From: a virus
Lineage: Duplodnaviria; Caudoviricetes
IMG/VR virus record: IMGVR_UViG_3300044613_002570
Span: 1-41,792 of that record
Strand: one strand, 5' to 3'
DNA length: 41,792 nucleotides
The notes below the pieces were generated by a model. It was not told the origin of the DNA and searched no databases. It worked only from the letters and a program-made list of their open reading frames with translations. Shown here in pieces: positions 18,376-26,528 of the stretch. Numbering within the stretch: position 1 is the stretch's first letter; every line of letters begins with the position of its first letter. A program made the position numbers and the translations under genes.

Positions 18376-19194
18376 CTACCTTGCGACCCATGAGTTGATG
18401 ACGGACGTCGGTGACAATACGTGTGACAATCTTTCTTCGCCGCTCATCGCCTGCCGTCGCACATCCTCGAAAGAGAATGACGATTCATCCTTCCCTCGAC
18501 CTGCCCGCTCGAACAGATCACAGACAAGACTCAGCGCGGCCATTGCCATATCGCTCGGCGGAATGTCTGCGCCCGCATAGACCGAAAGTCGAACCGTCTC
18601 TGTCGTTCCGACTTTTCTCAGGCTCCACTGTCCACGCGGAGTGTTGATCGGCACGCGGAACGTTCCAATTTTCCTAATGACTTCGACCGCCTTTTCGCCC
18701 TTGACGTTCCTGGCGAACCAGTCTGTGCCGCTGATTGCGATCCAGTCGTTATCTTTGTCGTTATCAAGGATCTCGATGATTTCAAAGCATGGCGTGACGG
18801 ATTCCGGCAACCAGATTCGCGTTGAATTTCGCGGAACGATATCAACCGTCGTGCGCGGATGCAGCGTGAATTCCGTTTCCTCGATTGATCCGTTGACACT
18901 GAGTTCAATCAGATTCTGATTGATCACGGTAATCGTGTGCACTGCGTCAATTGAATTGTTTCCGGACCCGACAATCTTCACGACTTGCCCAGTCCGGAAA
19001 CCATGTTCAATCACTCGAAGCCGTGCTTTCGAGTTGACGGAATCGACTCGGTCGCAGACCCAGGCAATTCCTCGATCTGTCTGCTGTCGAATGCGCCTGA
19101 TAATCTGTGCGATATTCCGCGTCAGTTCGGCATCGTCGCCGCTGTCCGGCAAATCAATTCCGAGTTCATGTTTCGCCTGATTCAAGGTGATCAT
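18376..19194 (-). CDS. Head-tail adaptor/connector (gp6/gp15-like) with inserted beta domain
   Basis: N-terminal MITLNQAKHELGID...DDAEL and C-terminal YAG..IPPSDMAMAALSLVCDLFE are gp6-like; internal HGFRTGQVVKIVGS module. Confidence 0.75.
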   Translation of the reverse strand: MITLNQAKHELGIDLPDSGDDAELTRNIAQIIRRIRQQTDRGIAWVCDRVDSVNSKARLRVIEHGFRTGQVVKIVGSGNNSIDAVHTITVINQNLIELSVNGSIEETEFTLHPRTTVDIVPRNSTRIWLPESVTPCFEIIEILDNDKDNDWIAISGTDWFARNVKGEKAVEVIRKIGTFRVPINTPRGQWSLRKVGTTETVRLSVYAGADIPPSDMAMAALSLVCDLFERAGRGKDESSFSFEDVRRQAMSGEERLSHVLSPTSVINSWVAR

Positions 19195-19253
19195 GTTTTC
19201 TTCCAGGGAATAGTCGCCCGCTCAGATTCATTTTGCCGCCTCACCAGCGCCTG

Positions 19254-19559
19254 TCAGGTTTTTGGTGCCTCAGCCGCCTCTGGCGGCGCAACTGCCTTAT
19301 CGCGTTTCGCGATGGCGCTCATGACGTCCGCAAGCTTCTGATACGCTTCCCAGTTGTCCAGTGTGGTTTCCAGAATCGACGGCTCTTCGTCGACGGCTAC
19401 GACAATCTGATCCATCATCGTGACGATCTTCAACCCTGTCAGACAACACTGACGCAGCGCCTTATCGCTCGGCACGGTGCCATTGTCCGCGATACTGGCG
19501 GCGATTGTCCCCGCCACGCTCAAAGCCCGATCGATCTTTTGTTGAGACAACTTTGCCAT
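19254..19559 (-). CDS. Hypothetical protein (start reassigned to ATG 19559)
   Basis: CAGGAG RBS before MAKLSQQKID; the longer ORF call overlaps a terminator. Confidence 0.6.
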   Translation of the reverse strand: MAKLSQQKIDRALSVAGTIAASIADNGTVPSDKALRQCCLTGLKIVTMMDQIVVAVDEEPSILETTLDNWEAYQKLADVMSAIAKRDKAVAPPEAAEAPKT

Positions 19560-19584
19560 TGTTCTGAACTCCTGTTTTATGGTC

Positions 19585-19617
19585 AAAAAAAAACCGCACG
19601 CCTGAAAAGACGTGCGG
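19585..19617 (-). terminator. Intrinsic terminator after capsid decoration gene
   Basis: Minus strand CCGCACGTC-TTTTCA-GGCGTGCGG followed by T9. Confidence 0.8.
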
Positions 19618-19658
19618 CGTATCACAACTTGCAAAAGCGACGACGTCTTCGCTTATGT

Positions 19659-20198
19659 TTACGCGAAAATTGATGTGTTGTGAGGCGCTGCACCGTAAAG
19701 GGTGTCGCGTCTGAGGAACGCCACCAATCCGTTGCGTGCCGTGGCCGATCCTGCGGTGAATCGTACGGCGACATATGGTTTGCCTGTTGGCAACTGACGC
19801 GCTCGAATTGGAATCACGAACAACTGCTGCTTATCGCCGTCTGCTGCCAGCGTTGAAAACGATGCCAATGCCGTTCTCACACCGGCTGTCAATTGTTCGA
19901 TTCGCGTTGGCAGTCCGGTTCCCTGTTTAATCGTCGTTGCGCCGATCGTCTTGAACAGATCGCTGAACTTCACTGCGACCGCACCGGTTCCGGATGCATC
20001 GGATGCGGCCATGATTTCAATCGTGCCGACCGACGTTGCACCTGCGACTGACGCTGCCAGCCACAGAATGCATTCCAGAATTTCTGCACCAACCATGTTG
20101 ATATACGAACTTGTGACTGCTGTTGACGCTGTCATTGATACAGCCGCATCCGGGATGACAAGCTGCCCCATTTCCTGAATACACGCGGTTCCGTTCAT
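19659..20198 (-). CDS. Putative capsid decoration/cement protein
   Basis: 179-aa Ala/Thr-rich beta protein directly after major capsid (ASDASGTGA, KPYVAVRFT). Confidence 0.55.
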   Translation of the reverse strand: MNGTACIQEMGQLVIPDAAVSMTASTAVTSSYINMVGAEILECILWLAASVAGATSVGTIEIMAASDASGTGAVAVKFSDLFKTIGATTIKQGTGLPTRIEQLTAGVRTALASFSTLAADGDKQQLFVIPIRARQLPTGKPYVAVRFTAGSATARNGLVAFLRRDTLYGAAPHNTSIFA

Positions 20199-20235
20199 TA
20201 GTACACCTCAATCAATAATGATTTTGTTTTAGATC

Positions 20236-20285
20236 AAAAAACGGCGTCATGCTGTTCGCCACGACAGCAACCAACACAACGCCGT
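20236..20285 (-). terminator. Interrupted stem-loop with U-tract after major capsid gene
   Basis: ACGGCGT...TGCTGT-loop-ACAGCA...ACGCCGT followed on the minus strand by a T run. Confidence 0.5.
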
Positions 20286-20313
20286 GGGGGTTCTCATGCC
20301 TTGCGGCTACTTA

Positions 20314-21687
20314 TTATCGTGAAGCCAGACGAATGAAGCTGCTCTGAGTCGGTGGATTCGTTGCAGCGTCAGGTGACTTGAACGGGGTGATTGGTGTTGG
20401 CAACAGTGGTGATCCGCCGAATCGGACGACGAATCGCAGACACTGCTGATCGGTCATGAACTCGACGTGAATACTCACGTCTTCGCGTACCAGCGACTGA
20501 GTGATCGCCTTGTACTGCTTCAGGTCCACATACCAGACGTCGCCAGGTGATCCGAGTGGCGAACAGAGTTCGCTTTCGATCAATGGCCGATTCAACAGTG
20601 TGCTCGTGACAGGGCCAGCAAGACCACCGTTTTGAATGTTGACCGTCACAGGGAAGTTGCCGATTGACATTTGACCAATCTGCGGGATGACGCTCTGGTG
20701 ATGCATCCAGACTGCAGATCCTGCAGAGTTGCGCCACATGCGAGCGGACATCTTCAGAGCGTTCTGTGCGACAAACGTCGCGGCAGACTGACCACCTTCA
20801 GCAGATTCCTGAATAACGGCGCCTGAGCGAGCGAACCCAAGTGGTTCGTTCAGTCCGTTGCCCCACATGATCGCTCGGCTCAACGCGAAGTTGATTTCCT
20901 CACGCACCGCGTTGCGAACGTAGGTCTCAACTGCGTATGGCGTGTCGTTCATGATTTCTGTGGTCATGAACACAAAGACTACCAGCTTACGCATGCGAAT
21001 TTCAGTGAACGCCAGCTTTGGGCGACTGTCAGCGCCCGGATCAGACTCATCGATCCAGTAGTGCATGACACCACCGTTTCGAGTTCCGTCGTTGCGATCA
21101 AGATCTTTGACGCGCGGAATGTTGTAGACCGTTGCTGTGGTTGGCAACGTGTCAACTCGGCTTGCCAGATCGTTCTGGACAAACAGCGTTTCAATCTTTG
21201 GCGCGATTTCCGGATTAAGAAGAAATCCGCCGTCTTCGCCGACTGTGCTGGACAGTCCGCGTGCCTTGAAGAATCCACCCATGTCACGCATGCCCTTGAA
21301 CGTGCTTGCGTGTCGGGCTGTGAATTCGTCCCTGCGACCGGCCTGCTTTGCTCTCCATCCGTCCTGAAGGAACTCACCCATGTTGTCCCACGGACAAGCG
21401 AATGGATAGCCTGCGTCCTTCAGTGACTTGGCCAGCATGTAGTCGCGATACTGCGTGTTCATGTGGCGAGACGGATCGTCCCACGTCTTGAACATCGCGC
21501 GGTTTTTTCCTTCCTCCGGCGTTAGAGCATCAGCCCCGAACGCCTTGTGCGAAGCGGATGAAACTGTCCCCAGTTCATTCGCTTTGCCTGGGATAACAAC
21601 CTGCTCGCCGCCACGTTGTCGTGCGACAAGTTCGTCGATTGCTCGTTCAACTTCAGAGTCGGCAATCACTGGGGAGTTTGATGACAT
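20314..21687 (-). CDS. Major capsid protein, HK97 fold
   Basis: GEDGGFLLNPE, WIDES, TEIMND, IMWGNGLNEPLG, LLNRPLIESE, SIHVEF..DQQCLRFVVRFGG; N-terminal delta-domain-like ~140 aa. Confidence 0.95.
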   Translation of the reverse strand: MSSNSPVIADSEVERAIDELVARQRGGEQVVIPGKANELGTVSSASHKAFGADALTPEEGKNRAMFKTWDDPSRHMNTQYRDYMLAKSLKDAGYPFACPWDNMGEFLQDGWRAKQAGRRDEFTARHASTFKGMRDMGGFFKARGLSSTVGEDGGFLLNPEIAPKIETLFVQNDLASRVDTLPTTATVYNIPRVKDLDRNDGTRNGGVMHYWIDESDPGADSRPKLAFTEIRMRKLVVFVFMTTEIMNDTPYAVETYVRNAVREEINFALSRAIMWGNGLNEPLGFARSGAVIQESAEGGQSAATFVAQNALKMSARMWRNSAGSAVWMHHQSVIPQIGQMSIGNFPVTVNIQNGGLAGPVTSTLLNRPLIESELCSPLGSPGDVWYVDLKQYKAITQSLVREDVSIHVEFMTDQQCLRFVVRFGGSPLLPTPITPFKSPDAATNPPTQSSFIRLASR

Positions 21688-21754
21688 TTTCGAAAGTCCT
21701 TTTGTTTCGTCATCACCCCCGCAATGACTTTAGTCGAATGTGCGATACCATAAC

Positions 21755-21761
21755 GCATACG
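21755..21761 (-). promoter_or_regulatory. CGTATGC motif upstream of major capsid
   Basis: Intergenic copy of the recurrent motif. Confidence 0.55.
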
Positions 21762-21776
21762 AACAGTTTTGCAAGA

Positions 21777-23501
21777 CTAGGTTGAAAGTCCTGCAGTCAT
21801 CCGCTTAATAAATCCCTGACGAATCTTCTCGCGAAGTTCCGCCCGTTCTTTATCTTCCTGTTTCTGTGAGAACTGATCACCGATCACACCTTTCAGCATG
21901 GCCGCTGTCAATTCTTTCTGCTGTGTCGTCGTGGCCATTTCATGAAGAGCATTCAGCCCCTTTGTGAATGGCTTTGGAAGCATTGATTTCCGTCCATAGA
22001 ACAGATCGGCTCGCAATGACTTTGTGAGTTCGGCTGTCTCTGGCTTTTGCTCTGCTCCCGGTCCAGGCTTTCCATATCGCTGTTCCTGAAACTCAGCGAC
22101 CTTGCCGATGAAGCTTCTGAGTTCACTGGTGAACTCTTTGCACTTCTTTGTCAGTTCGGGTTCCTGCTCTTCAATTGCTGCCTCAGCTTCATCAACGACC
22201 TGAGTCGCTTTCCTGATGAGCGCCTTGAGATAGCGAAGCCCCGGCTGTTTGATCATGAGATCTTCAGCCTCTGGTTCTTGTGCAACCACTTCGGCAGAAT
22301 ACTCGCTTGCGGCGTTGGCCATTTCTGTGGCCGCAGATACTGGCTTGTCTGCGGGCTTTGCTGTGGGCTTTGCTGTGGGCTTTGCTGCGGGCTGCTGCGG
22401 CGCTTCAACGTCAACTGCCTCTTCTGTTGCTACCACTGCAGCAACGTCGTCAGACGTCGACTTGGCGAACAACAGAATCATTCCTGGCACATCATTACTG
22501 GCGTGCTCTTCAACCGGCCCGCTGTAGGCGGACTGCACAGACTTCAGAAATGTCTGCCCGTTTCGCATTTCCGTTCCGATCGCCGTGCTCTTCAGTCCGA
22601 GATTCGCGGCGCTCTTCAGAAACCCTCTGGCTTCGGGCAGTGTGTAGTGACTTCGAGAAAACAGCACAGCGACTGGTGTTTGCACGTGATCGTCTCCATA
22701 GCTTTTCTGGAATGGCCAGTGCTTGATTTTCCCTGCGTGATTCAGGTTCGTGACTGGTTCCGCCAGGTTGAGAGATTTGAGAACCATTTTCAGACTCGGA
22801 TCAAGCGACATCCCGTCGAGTCCATTTCTGCACAGAATCCCCTTGAGGATCGGCACAACTTCTTTCGCTGGAGTGATCTCACGCATTGGCGTGACGATCT
22901 CGCGATTTGCTGGCATCCAGACCCACGACCATTCGATCAGTTCATACTTGTCATGGCTGACTGATCGCGTCCGGACCGGCATGATTTGATTGTTATGAAA
23001 CATCACACCAGGCAGTCGCGGCTTGTAGTTCGATAGCTGGTGGTTCAGCGCGCCAATTGAACGACCGCGAAGCACACCATCGTCGACCAGGCGAAACACC
23101 TGTCCTGCGAATTTTGTGGCCTGTGTGAATCGACAACCGGAATACCATCCGTCCGGCCGTCTGTGCAGATCGAAAACTCTTTCCGGCGTTTCTGCTGTTC
23201 CGACTGGTGGCACCATTGGTGCAACGCGATGCGAGTGCTGGAGAAAGACGACCGGATCTCTTCGGAATGCCACGTCGATCAATCCATCCGGGTTTGTTAC
23301 TTCACCGTCGCGGTCTTCAGATCCATTGGTGATCAACAGTGGCGCGACATACATCTTGCTGCGATCGATTTCCATATCAAGGAAATGCGTTGATGGCGCA
23401 GCCATTTCCCAGTAGTCGTTTTCACGACCTTTGGGGATGATTGAAGACACGGCCGCGCTGTTCGCGCTTTGTGTCTCTTGCTGTTCGAGTGCTTGCGTCA
23501 T
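21777..23501 (-). CDS. HK97-type prohead protease with long C-terminal scaffold-like extension
   Basis: DRDGEV, PVVFLQH (His), RGRSIG (Ser), ELIEWSWVWMPAN; C-terminal half has PAAKPTAKPTAKP linker and coiled coil. Confidence 0.85.
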   Translation of the reverse strand: MTQALEQQETQSANSAAVSSIIPKGRENDYWEMAAPSTHFLDMEIDRSKMYVAPLLITNGSEDRDGEVTNPDGLIDVAFRRDPVVFLQHSHRVAPMVPPVGTAETPERVFDLHRRPDGWYSGCRFTQATKFAGQVFRLVDDGVLRGRSIGALNHQLSNYKPRLPGVMFHNNQIMPVRTRSVSHDKYELIEWSWVWMPANREIVTPMREITPAKEVVPILKGILCRNGLDGMSLDPSLKMVLKSLNLAEPVTNLNHAGKIKHWPFQKSYGDDHVQTPVAVLFSRSHYTLPEARGFLKSAANLGLKSTAIGTEMRNGQTFLKSVQSAYSGPVEEHASNDVPGMILLFAKSTSDDVAAVVATEEAVDVEAPQQPAAKPTAKPTAKPADKPVSAATEMANAASEYSAEVVAQEPEAEDLMIKQPGLRYLKALIRKATQVVDEAEAAIEEQEPELTKKCKEFTSELRSFIGKVAEFQEQRYGKPGPGAEQKPETAELTKSLRADLFYGRKSMLPKPFTKGLNALHEMATTTQQKELTAAMLKGVIGDQFSQKQEDKERAELREKIRQGFIKRMTAGLST

Positions 23502-23592
23502 TGAAGTCCACCAATGACGTCACCCATGCCCCCAAGGATGCGTCTGGTGCAACACTGTGGCGACTCGTTTTGCGTATGTCAATAGCCGTAAC

Positions 23593-23599
23593 GCATACG
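23593..23599 (-). promoter_or_regulatory. CGTATGC motif upstream of prohead protease
   Basis: Intergenic copy just downstream of a terminator. Confidence 0.55.
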
Positions 23600-23614
23600 T
23601 GCGGTGCATTCAAT

Positions 23615-23644
23615 AAAAAAAGCCACTGCATGACAGTGGCTTTT
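23615..23644. terminator. Bidirectional intrinsic terminator after MuF
   Basis: A7-GCCACTG-CATGA-CAGTGGC-T4. Confidence 0.8.
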
Positions 23645-23668
23645 AATGCTGGCTGTGATTCAGCCACA

Positions 23669-24430
23669 TCAACGAATTTTGAATCCTGATCTCTGGATGG
23701 CCTGTCTCACCGCGCTGGCCCGTGGTGGAAGTCTTGCGATGCGTCCGCGCACCAGCAGATTGTTGTACTCGCCAAACAACAGTTCGAGAACACAACAACA
23801 ATGCGGATGCATTGGCGGTCCTGACGGCACAAATCGCGACCAGAAAGAATAGACTGTTCCATCGAGCAACGGGCACACGTCGCAATGCTGGCATGGCCGC
23901 GTTCTCCAGACCAGTTCGCACGCAACTCCAGCGTCAACGAGTTCGTGATAGATTGCAGAGACGGCGACGGATCGTGCTGCCGTCATTTCGGTGATCGAAA
24001 TCATTCTCGCCCGTGCAGTTGTGATGACGTCCTCTGGTGACGATCCGTTTGCGAGTCTGTTTTGCGTTGTGTTGCTGATCGACTCTGCGGCGAATCGTGC
24101 CCTGCGCTGCATTTCTTCAGCCGCACGTTGCTGAATAGCTGCTTCCGTTCTCTGGCGTTCTCTTTCGGACTGCTCAAGGTTCTGGATTTCCTCGAACGCC
24201 GTGTTCATCTGTGACAACGTATAGCCCAGCATCAGCGCCAGCAGCGCTGCGGCTTGTTCGTTCTCCCATTTCTTCCAGTGCGACGCCTTGACTTTGGAGA
24301 TATCTGGCGGGCTTCCGACGATCGCAACCAACTGCGATTTCTGTCTCTCGAAGAGTTTTTCAAACCGTTTTTCGAATTGCTTTGGCAATACTTTGCGGAT
24401 TTGCTTCAACTGCTGCTCAGCCGTTGGCAT
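23669..24430 (-). CDS. MuF / SPP1 gp7-like minor head protein (short form, no toxin extension)
   Basis: RARMISITE...WRT...CDVCPLLDG...PPMHPHCCC signature. Confidence 0.85.
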   Translation of the reverse strand: MPTAEQQLKQIRKVLPKQFEKRFEKLFERQKSQLVAIVGSPPDISKVKASHWKKWENEQAAALLALMLGYTLSQMNTAFEEIQNLEQSERERQRTEAAIQQRAAEEMQRRARFAAESISNTTQNRLANGSSPEDVITTARARMISITEMTAARSVAVSAIYHELVDAGVACELVWRTRPCQHCDVCPLLDGTVYSFWSRFVPSGPPMHPHCCCVLELLFGEYNNLLVRGRIARLPPRASAVRQAIQRSGFKIR

Positions 24431-24432
24431 CG

Positions 24433-25215
24433 CTAGTATCCTCCATCGAGTGTATCACTCAGCCCCAGCGCTCGATTCATCCATGCATCGTCGTCCTCAT
24501 CGTCGTCGTCCTCATCGTCGTCGTCGTCATCATCGTCGTCATCGTCGTCGATATCGATTGAGTATTCCGTATCGATCAACGCGCCGCCAGATTCCATGTC
24601 CAGCGTGCTCATGCCGTTGGCCTTACCAAACAACGCGGTGTCTGGCGTTGTGGCTCCGAATCGCATCGGCGAGTGTCCATAGAACGGGCAATCCCGCTCT
24701 TCAAGGGACGTGCCGACTTTCAGTTCGTTGATGATCCAGTCGACGCCGATGATGCCGGACGCTTTCAGATCATTCAGAACATGATCGTCGATGGTGATTT
24801 CTTCGAACGTCGCGACCACGATATACGGCGTGAACGACAGCGGCTCAATTGCGTAGGTTACGCTTGCTGCAAGCGACTGGTGAAGTTCCTGCAGGTCCGG
24901 ACAATCAACTGTGATCACCAGCGCTGTCTGCAGTTGGTTGATCCGTTTGGTATCGAACCGCATTGCGACCGCCCGCATAGGCGCCATACACGTAGCTATT
25001 TTTGCGATGTGGTCGATGCATTCGTCTAGGTCCGCGATTCCAGCGATGACTCCGATTCGCAGATCATCGTTGATTTTGGCGATCGGTATGGCCTGCACGA
25101 ACATCTGCTGCCAGCGCCGTATGGCGTCTTCGATTGTAGGTGGAAGCCTCACCCAAACAGATCCCTGTCTGGATGATTTCATTGCCAGCATTCGTTTGAA
25201 AAAAACGTCGCTCAT
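24433..25215 (-). CDS. 2H phosphoesterase-like protein with degenerate HxT/S motifs and poly-Asp tail
   Basis: Overall pattern (SVWVRLP...DLRIGV...LQELHQSL...FTPYIVVA) follows 2'-5' RNA ligase/Acb1-like 2H proteins, but Arg and Tyr sit where the two His are expected. Confidence 0.55.
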   Translation of the reverse strand: MSDVFFKRMLAMKSSRQGSVWVRLPPTIEDAIRRWQQMFVQAIPIAKINDDLRIGVIAGIADLDECIDHIAKIATCMAPMRAVAMRFDTKRINQLQTALVITVDCPDLQELHQSLAASVTYAIEPLSFTPYIVVATFEEITIDDHVLNDLKASGIIGVDWIINELKVGTSLEERDCPFYGHSPMRFGATTPDTALFGKANGMSTLDMESGGALIDTEYSIDIDDDDDDDDDDDDEDDDDEDDDAWMNRALGLSDTLDGGY

Positions 25216-25235
25216 GTTGCACCTGAATCAAAGAC

Positions 25236-25242
25236 GCATACG
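25236..25242 (-). promoter_or_regulatory. CGTATGC motif upstream of 2H-like gene
   Basis: Copy in a 42-bp intergenic gap. Confidence 0.5.
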
Positions 25243-25257
25243 GTCACTGCGAGAATG

Positions 25258-26130
25258 CTACCGAGTAGCCGCCTCATTCGCCAATACCGCGATGGCTTCT
25301 TTTGCCGTCGCACGGTGAATCGCCAGGACTGGCGTGATCTTTCCAGCCTTTGTGCGCTGGTAACCCCCTGCGAAGTTCCAGACGACTGGCAAGCCCAGTT
25401 CCATGCACCGGTCGAAGACGAAGCGATCACGTGCCTTCAGTTGAGCATCCGTCATCTGTCCACCGAGTGGATCATTGATATGCGGATCTGCCCCGGCCTG
25501 GTAAATCAGCAGTCCTACGCCGTCCGCTGCGGACTTTGTCAGGAACGCATCGATATCGAACAACAAGTCTTTCTGTCCTTCGGCGCCTCGATCGAATCTG
25601 TGCCCGCCGTACGTCCAGTGTTTCACTGTGTCCGTCAGTTCCAGCGTTTCGATAATATCTTCCGTGCCGTCACCATAGTGCTGATCGCAGTCCAGAATCG
25701 CGACCTTGCGGCACAACCCTTCGTTGATCACGGTCCGTGCGGCGACGATCAGCCCGTTGAACGTGCAAAACGCCCCGTTGTAACCATGGCCAGCGTGATG
25801 GAATCCGGACGTCGGAGAACAGACGATCCGGTTTTCAAACGCGGCTCGGCTTGCGGCGACCAAAGAACCGACCGTCACGCGGCAAGACTGCGTGACTTCC
25901 GGAATGCAATTGCCGTGACCGTTGGACTTCTGTCCTGCCAGAACTTTCTCGGCGAACTTTCGATCATGTGCAAGCGCCAGATCCTCGATCGTTGCGGCTT
26001 CGAACTCGCTGACGATCTCAATGTCCAGCCCGCGTTTCTGCCAGTCTGCAACACACTGCGCTGGCTTCTTTGCTGACGGTGAATAGCCGCCAGAATCCAC
26101 TGACATATCATCACGAAAAAATACCTGCAT
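25258..26130 (-). CDS. Zn-dependent histone deacetylase-family (AcuC/AphA-like) deacetylase
   Basis: SGFHHA, AFCTFN, ILDCDQHYGDGT, YQAGADPHINDPLGG, AGGYQ: catalytic His pair, Zn ligands and Tyr all present. Confidence 0.95.
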   Translation of the reverse strand: MQVFFRDDMSVDSGGYSPSAKKPAQCVADWQKRGLDIEIVSEFEAATIEDLALAHDRKFAEKVLAGQKSNGHGNCIPEVTQSCRVTVGSLVAASRAAFENRIVCSPTSGFHHAGHGYNGAFCTFNGLIVAARTVINEGLCRKVAILDCDQHYGDGTEDIIETLELTDTVKHWTYGGHRFDRGAEGQKDLLFDIDAFLTKSAADGVGLLIYQAGADPHINDPLGGQMTDAQLKARDRFVFDRCMELGLPVVWNFAGGYQRTKAGKITPVLAIHRATAKEAIAVLANEAATR

Positions 26131-26251
26131 CGCTACACCCCCCTGACTATGTTATTGAATCAACCAAACGAAAAAACGGGTGATTCGCATAATAGGTCTG
26201 CAGACCTATGATGACGTTTCACCCGAATTTCAGCGCGACAGTTTTTCGTTT

Positions 26252-26443
26252 TTACCGTGTTTTACCGGCAATTCGTGCGTCCGCCGCTCGTTCCATTTCG
26301 GCAACTTCGTCTGCGGAAAACGGATTGCCCTCATTCTGAGGTGCCTGCGTTTCCACAACTGTTGCGGCTTTGGCTTTCTGCCGTTCCTGGTACTTCGCTT
26401 CCTGTTTCGCCTGAACTCTTGCAATTACGTCTTTCAAAGCCAT
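26252..26443 (-). CDS. Small hypothetical helical protein
   Basis: GGGAG RBS before MALKDVIARVQAKQ; sits between a GNAT-domain gene and the deacetylase. Confidence 0.55.
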   Translation of the reverse strand: MALKDVIARVQAKQEAKYQERQKAKAATVVETQAPQNEGNPFSADEVAEMERAADARIAGKTR

Positions 26444-26528
26444 TTGTTTCTCCCGGTGAAATTGTCTGCGTTTTTGTCGCCATACCACTGATAACGAAAA
26501 AACCGTGCCAATGGATCAAAATTTTTTT

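Noticed and set aside
22047-22964. Long plus-strand ORFs (e.g. 22047..22964, 25255..26076, 40422..41324)
   Set aside because: Antisense shadows of clearly recognisable minus-strand genes with no protein motifs of their own.
23669-24430. MuF polymorphic toxin
   Set aside because: MuF ends shortly after the HPxCxC motif with no toxin extension; the effector domains are on the portal and neighbouring proteins instead.
24486-24555. (TCG/TCA)n trinucleotide tract as a contingency microsatellite
   Set aside because: Mixed codons in frame encoding a poly-Asp/Glu tail; length changes would not shift the frame.
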